A stretch of DNA of 64,000 nt from Paraphysomonas bandaiensis (taxonomy: Eukaryota > Protista > Chrysophyceae). Position 1 is the stretch's first letter. Each line of letters starts with the position of its first letter. The position numbers and the translations under genes were made by a program. The DNA lies in the NCBI GenBank assembly GCA_965644295.1, contig CBFFRP010000428.1:76038-140037 (forward strand), given 5' to 3'. The notes beneath the pieces are model-generated. The model was not told the origin of the DNA, did no database searches, and saw only the letters and a program-made list of their open reading frames with translations. This document shows, one piece after another, positions 12,001 to 22,000 of the stretch.

Positions 12001-12401
12001 CTAGACACGTCACTATCATATCGGTTGCTTTGGTAGGGATATCTCTCAGCAGCATTTCCACTGGATTCCAGAGAATGGTAAGAGTGCTGCGTGTCATCCA
12101 CAGGAGTGCTATGAGTGTTTCCATAGTATCCCCCTGATGACTGATGAGTGGGAGGGGTCCACGCAGGATAAGGGGCTGATGGGGACGCTGCTGATGATGA
12201 TGCCGAACCGGAGTACCTCTGTCCATAAGATGGGCCAGTAGGTCCAGTATTAGGTGTATAGTTTGATCCTGTCGAGGGGTTATGAGGGCTACCATGACCA
12301 CTATTCGAGCCCATCTCATGAGCACCACTTACACCACCACCACTGGACGATGACCACTGATTAACACTGCGATCTCTCCTCCTAGCATGAGTGGGAAACA
12401 T
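9021..12401 (-). CDS. Ankyrin-repeat protein A with long disordered N-terminus
   Basis: Long ORF with first ATG at 12401. Ankyrin repeats GNTLMHGAC, GLLPVHIAC, GRTCLHLAA, GLSALHVAC, GYTCLHWAC, plus a second block GDSLLHVAC/GKTSLHCAI. A 48-nt in-frame intron lies at ~10448-10495. Confidence 0.88.
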   Translation of the reverse strand: MFPTHARRRDRSVNQWSSSSGGGVSGAHEMGSNSGHGSPHNPSTGSNYTPNTGPTGPSYGQRYSGSASSSAASPSAPYPAWTPPTHQSSGGYYGNTHSTPVDDTQHSYHSLESSGNAAERYPYQSNRYDSDVSSGYPAEHQSDSGYRHSHDQYDQSEHTHNTSDDYPYQSDKNEYHRSPEYNYEATQQYDYQHNDGVTTYDTNPRPHYDETECGQQHLSDDQHYERDSYNPEPRETAGFVVPSRSWAPPDQQYRQQQQPVKPRSSGPFPGQPGYKWTPPAAVQAFQEFTDYDAPVTSGRSDAGSVGSTHHKSQADSPQHHGLSSTALAAAAAADGADYSMRTNGHGYAEPAEHAPYDPQAAEQRWKPPSANDHVYAEPTERAPYDPQATEQRWKPPSASDHSYAEPTERAPYDPQATEQRWKPPSANDHGYAEPTERAPYDPQATEQRWKPPSSNPVVHAQLEETSSHYQIPHSEPYYMSGQPLNIPPSKREGTLPADGAFIEWAKMQPTQEVVRRMEQQGIKADTGTDKAGNTLMHGACETGNLSLVFLLYELYPATQLSVTNNSGLLPVHIACQKGMIHIVKFILDNKHADASVTTRDGRTCLHLAAQNNHIELVTYLVEVMPHEALWKTESCGTTVCIKCVMYVILFSGLSALHVACMENHVEVVKALTRAPGADLSLTDSRGRTSLDIACDGGHLSLVKEILSLADGLRPDLTTHSGTNGYTCLHWACANHQYAVIKHLVQEERVNTSARDTNGLTPDKVVDDAVVSFLVTGSSVHIQGPSSSRNDQSESPSVAPWAGVSLRKSGRSVNEEASQATPEPAPKCSSSPSRFKNKPYVPPTNPTFLPPKPADEAKLAASRERSLSKMKAKEQVDVPGKRWDCHGFQSHSAGAASEPVKSGVGQPTEKPPVKRLSIDKDNWIKPSEDDVPKYKGENDAREVIRAAVENDSQSSDEESADSNPVPATTIAAAKQDESVLFDWVKLDSKVAELENFLGITPNIKVDVNKISDGDTGDSLLHVACVSGHLAIAQLLVEGVGSDVNRVNNEGKTSLHCAIASERVLIVRYLVKYCGAALDIKDKSGKTALDLCNEMPRNSNTEEITRIVSKAQGKSVEKRTKINLPVFG
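11045..11380 (-). repeat. Coding tandem repeat, 4 x 84 bp (28 aa, YAEPTERAPYDPQATEQRWKPPSANDHG)
   Basis: GTTTCCATCT recurs at 11051, 11135, 11219 and 11303. Confidence 0.92.
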
Positions 12402-13004
12402 GTTTAACCACAAACGAATCGATCGAATTCAACTGATGGAGTTTGTTTATTTGTGGGGCTGGTTATGATGCAGCTGCCTCTCTGTGTGTGTATGCGTGTA
12501 CTGTACATACATACATATATATATATATATATGGGCCGGGTGGAGGACGCACAGCAGTATGTAGAGGGAGATATCAACGAAATATTTAAATTAAATATGG
12601 GAAAATATGGGATTTTAATCCTTCTTGTATTATAAAATTCTGTTTTCTATAAATAATTCGTTTTTTCAGGTTTGATATACCCCCACTTTGCCTCGACTTG
12701 AAATATTCGTTCAGTTGTATTCTAGAATACATATTGTATACAGGCAATATTTGTCTGGCGATACGGAAAGGAAGAGCAGCAGATCTGCCGAGCTGTGGAG
12801 ATACATACGAATACACTGTATATGGAATAATACCGTGTATGCCTTGTGCAGTTGAGCAGAGCGTATCTTGCAGCGTATCCATCACACGCACACACACAGC
12901 GGAGTGCTCGACTCCCAGCTCTGCATGTGCATGTGCATCATATCGTTGTATATCGTACCTCAAACCACTTTAAACACTCTGCACCCCTATCAGACCTTCT
13001 GTTG

Positions 13005-16000
13005 ATGTCGAGTAAGGTGAACTATACCGGATCAGGAGCCCCTATGCGATCCATGCGGTCCGTGAGGTTCTCTCGCTCTCAGACGAACATTGCGAACAGA
13101 GCACTGCAGAGAACTCTCTCACGAGCGGCTACTAAGAGCTCTCTGGGTCTCATGCAGAAGAAAGCAAGCTCACACTTTGTGTTCGTTGAGAACGAAAACG
13201 ACGAATGGGTTCGCTGCAAAGTAACGGGCCAGGAGGGCTCTGTGTACCACCTCGAAGAAGACTGCACTGGAAATAAGTTAACAGTGGACGCATCCTTCAG
13301 AGATGTGCATCCATTGTGGGCTTGCATACATATGTGTATGTGTGCAAAGCAATACCCAAGTACAGAAGTACAAAATAATGATTATTATCGTATAATGAAT
13401 CATGAATAATACTGTCTACAATATCAACGGCTAATAATACTGTCTACAATATCAACGGCTAATAATACTGTCTACAATATCAACGGCTATTGCTAATCCC
13501 AACAATCACATTCCCTACAGTTTGTATTCCTAACTACATGGTACACGTATACAATACAGTACTGTACTACTAATCATATAATACAGGACATGTACACGTA
13601 TATATTCTATATGTAAGTGGATAGTCCTACACTACCTCCCCTTATAATTGATGTGTTAATGTGTTATATTGACACTCAATTCTGTAAACTTTGTTATTAA
13701 TCTTCTTCATCAGAAGAATAAACCACATTTCGAGGTAGTAAATTTCTTACATTTTCATCAGGATGTTGAGTTAGGAAATTTTGTAGAGCATACGTTTTTC
13801 TAACGTTAGCCCATGGTTCCCATGTAGGTTTTTCATACCCTATCCAATGTACTAGAAATTTTATTTGACTTTTCGGACCTTTAGCTCGACCTTTTATTTT
13901 TGAAATATGGTCAATAGCATAAAAGTTTCCACCATCTTTACATGCCACTTGTAAGGGGTCAATAGTAGAGGGATCGTAATTAAATTCCCTTAATTTCTTT
14001 ATATGATAGTCTTTATTACGTTTAGTAACAATATCTTGAAGAGTATATTTGTCTCCAATAACATTGACTACTCGCATTGGACCTTTAAGATATGGTAATA
14101 ACTTACTTGCCGGTCCAGGACGTAAAGCATTTTGTCTATGCTCAACTAACACATAAGAATTTATTGGAAATTCTTTTGTTTGTATATTTGGTGCAGTTGC
14201 CATGTGGATTTCATCATGTTTGCGAAGATTTCGTCTTGCAACATCCATAATAGTGGACTGAACCTTTTGTATTCTATCTATCCAATGTGATAGCTTTTGT
14301 TCGTTCCTGTCCAAGTTCTCATTGTGTTCAATGAATAAACTCTTATCTAAATCTACTGCATTCCCAAATAGAATACTAGCGGGAGTAACGCCGGTGCTTC
14401 TATGTTTAGAAGAATTCATAATTCTTTGTACTAAAGGTAGATACATTGACCAATTATTTAGTACATTTTTATCAAATATAATATTTCTTAAGTGCCTTAA
14501 AATTTCTTTATTAGCACGTTCCACTATAGCATTTTCTTCTTTAGAATACGCCATCGAAAATGATTGATTACTTCCAACCATTTCTATCAATGATTTTGTT
14601 AAATCATCCACAAATGCTGGTCCAAGATCCGAATGAATCTCAATAGGTGCTCCATATCTACCCAGGTGTTGAAGCAATCCCCTTTGCCGCCGCCATGGCA
14701 GTGAGATTCTTAGTAGGGATTAATTCTACCCACCTAGAAAAAGAATCGATAATCACTAATATATTAGTGTATCCATCCTCATCTGGATGCAGACTCTGAA
14801 TAAAATCCACTGCTATTCTTTGCATCGGGCCATATGTTGAGACAGTAAAGGGATGAGCATTAATTATTGGTTTAATTCTACTCATCTTTTGACAACAAGG
14901 ACAAGTTTTAATAAATTTTGTCACATGTGCCCCTTGCTTTGACCATTTATGACCATTGTCTCGTAATTTTTGTATTGTACGATCAATACCATGATGACCT
15001 GTAACATTGTTATGAAATCTTTTAATAATTTCCCATTCCTTGTTTGGAACTTTAATATCGGGAATTAGGGAAGCACATTTTGTTTCCATTTTAGATTCTA
15101 ATGCACATAGTCTACTAAATGCATCAGCAACAACATTATCAGATCCTTTAATATCACATAGATCATAATCATATGCTTGGAAACATTTCAACCATCGCTG
15201 AACTTTCTTATCCTTAGCGTAATCAGTTCTCAACTGAGTAATATTTTTATGATCTGTTTTGATCGTAAAGTATCTATACCTTAATAGGTAGTCCCATTTA
15301 TCTAAGGCATAGTATATAGCATATCCTTCTTTCTGAGGTGTATCCCAATTCATCATTCTTTCATCGAATGTTTTACTGAGAAATCCTATTGGACGTTCTA
15401 CACCATCTACTACTTGGTAGAGGTATGCTCCTATTCCATAATCAGATGCATCGGTCAATAAATATATTGGTGACTCGTCATCAATGAAAAATAATGTTGG
15501 ACATTCATGGATCATCAATTTGATCTTTTCAAATGCTTCATTGGCATCCTCTGTCCATTGTAGACGTTTACGTCTATGATAGTTGAGAAGCATTTTATTT
15601 AACGGTCTCACCACTAAGGAGTGGTTGTGCACGTGATCCCGAAAATAATTTGCCAATCCGAGGAAAGATTTTAGACCCTTCATAGTTTCAGGCTTTGGGA
15701 AATTTAATACACTATCCAGACGTTCTCTAGTAAAGTGTAACCCTTCCTCATTTAGAGTATGTCCTACATATTGTACTTCGGACTCTCCTATTTTCACTTT
15801 CTCAGGATTAATGTAAACATTGTATTTCCTGAAGCGTTCTAGAACTTTAACGTAATTTTCAATTAGTTCATCTTCTGTAGAAGCATATATAATCAGGTCA
15901 TCTAGATATAATTCACATATGAACATAATCAACCCGGCAAGCACAATTGTTGTTAATACTCGTTGAAAGTATGATGGAGCACCACTCAAACCCATGGGTA

Positions 16001-19000
16001 GTCGGAGCCATTCGAATACTCCCCAGAAGGTTATAAATGCCGTCCACTTTCTCGAGTACTCTGAAATTTTAGCCTGGTAATAACCAGATACTAAATCCAG
16101 AATTATGAAGTATTTGGGTTTCTTAGACCCAATACGTTCTAACATTTCTTTGATGTTAGGTATTGGCCAACGTTCCCTCTGTGTGTGCTTGTTTAGACCT
16201 TTATAGTCTACACAGAATCGCCATTTATCATTTGGTTTGGGAACTAATAATACCTGGCTATAATAAGGAGCCGTACTTGGTTGTATTATTCCATGCTCCA
16301 CAAATGTATCGATTTGCTTTTTACAAGCATACTGTCGTACTCGATCCATCTTTCGTGGCGGACCACAATGTTTTGGTTGTTCCCAAGCATCCCTATCTAC
16401 CTCTAATTCAAAAGGTGGAACATCCATTGGCATATCCGACACTGTGGTTCTAAATCTATCCTTATAGATTTCATGGATTTCTCTCACCCTCCTTTGTAAA
16501 GATTCGGGACCAGAGATTTTAGTTGGTAACGTAGTACCTTCTACTTTTTCCTGAGTATTTGTAACTATTTCTTCTGGGATTGACTCCAGATAGTTATCTC
16601 TAATCTCGCCTATATCTTCCTTTTCATATGCACTTATACGCATGGATGATATTGGAGGTGAATACATAGTACTAACCAAGCTATTACTTGTAAGTAAATT
16701 ATTATTATAACTAAGGTGTTCCTTAGCTTGGCGCCTTAATGTTTCCATGTTATTATAACATGTGGCTCTCTCACTAATATGTTCCGAGAGAAGCTGAGTC
16801 TTCTCAGCATGGCCCGCGGCCGTAGCTAGCATTTTCCCTGCTAACTCTCTTTCCATAAAGTGAGATGGAAAATGATCAACTAATCTATATTTCTTGATAG
16901 TTTCTCTACCAATTATGATATCAAAGGTGCTATCTATTATCAAACATTGCAACTCAATATCAAGAGTATTGTTATACTCATCAGTTAATCTTATAGTTAT
17001 TATCATATATTGCTTGCTACTACAACAAGCATTATCAAGCGCACTACAAATTTTAATGTTACACTCGTGCAATGGAATATTATACCTAGCAACTAACATA
17101 TCAGCAAGTTCTTGGTTAATGAAATTATTCCCAGTAGCCCCCGTGTCCAATAAGGCTTTAGCTCTTAGATTTTCCTTTACCTGTTGTACATTGACATCAG
17201 CTTTAGGATATACAAAGACATCGAGCATATCATTATTCATGTCAATAGCATTTATATATAAACACTTAGGGCATGATAACTTACTTGTTTTCGATCTTGG
17301 AGGACCATCAGGATTCTCCACATAAGGGCAGGTACTCCAACCCATAACCGCATATTTTTTGCCCTGTGTGGAATCTTTCCATGGCTTCTTTTCATGGTTA
17401 GCCCATGCACAGGTTTTGCGGGTGCAGTCACCTTTATGAAGATTACCGCATATCCAACATGCTTCCTTAGTATCAGTTGTTGCTTTAGTACTTGAGGATG
17501 AGCTGGAGGATGAAGTTTTTGTATTCTTAGTCTTGTTAGACTTAGATGTTTCTTTGGAATCCAATTTAGTTTCCATCCTCTTTACTTTTCTCACAGCTTG
17601 ACTATAGTCATTGTTAAGCTCTCGCACCTTTCTACAGAATGCTCCGAAATCTTTTGGTGCAGATTGACCTTGGCCTATATCCGCTATAAATTTCTCTTTG
17701 GCATCCTTTCTGAAGGAATGTCCGCCCACAAGTTTAATGTTTTTCTTGAGGGTTTTGACTATGGTATCCGAGGCTACCTCTGTGAGACTTGCCTCCGGAA
17801 TGAGCTTATAAAGCTCATTCAGACGTCCATATTCTTTTAAGAATACTTTAGGAACATGAATATCCACCTTAACCTTTGGTCCAATGATATTATCTATGAA
17901 CCTAGGAAGAGGCTCCAATGTATCAGAGTATCGCTCCTCTTCCTCTAGAAAGGCTTGCTTTAACCACTGAATCAATTCCTCAGTAGTTACAATGTTTGGA
18001 TCTAGCCAGTCCTCGTCAGACTCATCTCCAAAATCCTGCTGTCGCTGAAACTGAAGCATATCACGCACTGTTGGTGCCATGATTTCTGACCTTATGAATT
18101 TTGTCCCTTTAGGATCTCTTTTCGAGAGATTTTCACAAAATTCGATGATATCCTCATCTTGCACACTACCTAAGTAGGGAATAGAGTCGGTATTGATTAC
18201 TTCATGTGGAGTGGATTCCGTCGCAATGACTTCATTCAAGTCAATGCGCTCACTCCTGTTGGGGTGCGGATCTCCACTCCTTTGCTTCTTTCTCTTTGGT
18301 TGAGAAGAAGAGAGCTCACGAAATGATACTCCACTCAATTCTCCTTCAGCCTCTACTGATGTCTCAGTTTGAGGAGAAGATTGCATTTGAGATGATGTTG
18401 TTGCATCTCTTGCTCGTTTTCGAGAGGATTCTCTCTCTCTTTTCGTCTTTTTAGACGAAGAACCCGAAGCAGCTAACAATTCCTCTATTTGAGGAGCTGC
18501 TTTTATTTTGCTTCTCTTACTTTCCCCCATAATATTGTTATATCACAGAGATTGAGTACTACTTATTAAGTAATATTACTGTGGGCTTGCATACATATGT
18601 GTATGTGTGCAAAGCAATACCCAAGTACAGAAGTACAAAATAATGATTATTATCGTATAATGAATCATGAATAATACTGTCTACAATATCAACGGCTAAT
18701 AATACTGTCTACAATATCAACGGCTAATAATACTGTCTACAATATCAACGGCTATTGCTAATCCCAACAATCACATTCCCTACAGTTTGTATTCCTAACT
18801 ACATGGTACACGTATACAATACAGTACTGGACTACTAATCATATAATACAGGACATGTACACGTATATATTCTATATGTAAGTGGATAGTCCTACACCAT
18901 GCAATAGTAATGTTGTAACGGATATGACACATTTAAGGCATTTGCACGAACCTGCCATTCTTCACAATCTCCGTGAGAGGTATTCTGTACAACAGCCGTA

Positions 19001-22000
19001 CACCTTCATGGGAAGCGTACTTGTGTCAGTTAATCCTTTTGAGTGGCTTGAAGAGGTTGATATGGATAAGTATGTGGGAAAGTTGCTTGACCCCGATGAC
19101 CCCCATCCTTATGCTATTGCAGGTAATATTTATCTTTCTCCACAACAAAGTTGTTAATCTTCCTATTCATAGAACTCTGTTACCAGCAAATATGTGTACG
19201 AAGCCCGTTGAATCAATCCGTAGTGATATCTGGTGAGAGTGGGGCTGGGAAAACAGAGGCGGCAAAGATGGTACTTAGTTATATAGTGCACCGCGCATCG
19301 ATAGGAAGCAATGTCGAGGAGAAGCTTATTAAGTCGTCGCCCATCCTGGAAGCCTTTGGAAATGCCAGAAGTGAGTACTAATATGAAATTTGTGGTCTTA
19401 CTCTTAGTATGTTTTGCAGCTGTAAGAAACTTAAACAGCTCCAGGTTCGGGAAGTATATGAGAATCTATTTGAACCCTTCAACTGAAGGGAGAGACAGAA
19501 GTATTGCGGGGGCAGCAATTGAAACTTATCTACTTGAAAAAAGTAGGGTCATTGATCAGTCCACAGGAGAGCGCAATTTTCATGCTTACTATTGTCTCCT
19601 GGCTGCTAAACGTGAGTCTTTTTTGTAGATTATCCTTTGCATTGTAACTACCTGTGTAGAACACTCTGAGCCAGAGACAGAGAGCATTCAGATCTCTTCC
19701 TCCCCGACTGACTACTCTATCCTATCTTTCTGCGGGGACAAAGACACCATTGGAAGTTTAGGCACTATTGAGCAGTACAGAGAGGTTGTTGGGTGTATGC
19801 GGTCACTTCAATTTGGTGACAGGGATGTTATTGCTTTGTGGAGTATTCTTGGGGCAGTGTTGGAAATAGGAAATATTGAATTCAGGGACGAAGATACTTC
19901 GGAGGGGGAAGCTGCGGTAATTTCAACCGAAAATGAATGCTCGCTAGCAGCAAATTTACTTGGAATATCATCCACAGCTTTGAGTGACACTTTGACGAAG
20001 AGAGTCATCACCACACGAGGAGAGAGTTACACTAAATCGATGAATTCAAAGGATTCCGCGAATGCAAGAAACGCGTTATGCAAATTTCTGTATGAGTTCA
20101 CATTCACCACAATCGTCTCAGTGATAAATAGGTGTCTAGCAGAGTCCACGCCAAATGCAAATACACTAAATTCTATTGGAGTCCTTGATATTTTTGGGTT
20201 TGAGTCGTTTAAAAGGAATGAGTTTGAACAGCTACTAATTAACTACGCCAACGAGGTACTCCAGAGCACCTTTAATCAACAAGTGTTTCAGAGTGAGCTA
20301 CGTTTGTATAAAGAAGAAAATATATTTTCCGAATTATCTGAAGAAGAGTGTCCGAATAACTCTCATTGTGTGTCTATTATCTACACAAAGCCACCAGCTC
20401 ATAGTATTCTAGGTGCGCTAGTGTCCGCTTGTCAAGTTGGAAATGGAAGTGACGAAGTGTTTTTCGAAAATTTACACAAATCATTCGGAACTGTAAAAGA
20501 TCCCGAAATCAGAAAAATTTTTCCTAAAGTTCATCCGAAGGATCAACGTAGAATATTTACGGTGTGTCATTTTGCAGGCTCCGTTACATATACTGTAAGT
20601 GAAGGGGAAACTAATTCCTGGTTGATGAAGAACAATGATGATATTCCCGCTGGTACAATAGAACTTCTCGGAAACTCCGAAAACGGGGTTATAAAATCAT
20701 TTACAGCTCAAAATATTGGCTCTTCTACTATCGGTAGAAGATCATCGATTCGGAAAGTTACTGTGGTTGATCGATTTACGGCATCAATGTCGACACTTTG
20801 TTCGACCCTGTCATCTTCGACCTGCTCGTTTATTCGCTGTATAAAACCAAACCCTAGGCTTTTGCCACGAGAATTTGACACTAAGTATTCTATTGACCAG
20901 ATTCGTTCACTTGGCTTAGTACAGGTGTGTGCAGTGATGAAGGTAGGTTTACCCATGAGAATATCTTTTGAGGAGATACGATCTATTCTTGGGCCTATTA
21001 CCACTGATATGGAGAACTTGTTCATCGGAGAGCCGGAGGAAGTATTCATAGCATCACTTCTGTGGGCACTCGATATTCCTCAAAATGTATATCACCTAGG
21101 TAGAACACGCATTTTTCTAAAGTCAGGGCAAATTGAAACTTTTGATAAAATTATATCGACTGATTTCAAGGACCAGAGAGGGGCCATTCAGGCTCGACTT
21201 GAAGAAGCCTTGAGAGCACGAGCGGAGTGTAAAGAGATGTTGAGAGATCTATCAGATCAGCTTGAAGAAGTTTTAGAGTTAGCTGCATGTTCGAGAAATA
21301 TAGCTGAGTCTTTGGCTGTATCATCAATTGAAGTCGGAGAAAGAGTGAAAGCACTAAAAGGAACTTTTAATTCTGTCAAAGCGCTTCAAATTGATGAAGT
21401 GATGAACACCCTGGCGATATCTCAACAAGCCATAAGCGATGTAGAAGTGTATGGAGAGGACGTCAAGTCTTCTGAGCATTACGATGTGGTTCAGAAAATC
21501 ATAGATAATGCAAAATCTCAACTGAAGTATTGTGATTCTGTGTGGCACACGATTGACACCAGTGCTGCACTTGTCGAAGACTTCTGTGCGAGTGGTTCAG
21601 ATGCATCTATTGGGGCTATGATGGCACAGCGCTGGGAGGAGCTACAGGTTCTAGAAGATAGTCTTCGAGATTGTCAACGGTAATTCAATACTTGGAGAGT
21701 GACGTTTTAATGTTGGGTTTAGGCTAATGCAGCAAATATCGCTGGAATGCAACCACTGTATCATGAGTAGTGTCGAGAGCAAGGTGGAAGAATGTGAAAA
21801 TGATCTTGGCATAATAAAATATCGATTTAAAAAGTTTGTTGTGGTTATTGGCGATGGTGAGAAGGCTGTTTCTACAACTGGGGCCGGAATTAGCGATATG
21901 GATGCTTTGGTTGAGACTATTCGCACAATGTCTGCGGATGCAAAATTAGCTGCGCATAAAATTATGCAATTGTGTGAAGATGCCAAGCAGAGTACAACCC

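Larger units (their letters stand above)
13315..18896 (-). mobile_element. Ty3/gypsy chromovirus LTR retrotransposon, 5582 bp
   Basis: 317-bp TG...CA LTRs (13315-13631, 18580-18896) with one visible mismatch. 4-bp TSD CCAT. PPT AAGGGGAGGTAG next to the 3' LTR. Domain order gag-PR-RT-RH-IN-chromodomain. Confidence 0.97.

Noticed and set aside
12575-12712. AT-rich insert with weak inverted ends in the ankyrin A/myosin promoter
   Set aside because: Only ~14 nt of imperfect complementarity, no TSD and no second copy.
13404-13489. 28-bp direct repeats resembling a CRISPR array
   Set aside because: Head-to-tail with no spacers, inside a retrotransposon LTR, and no cas genes.
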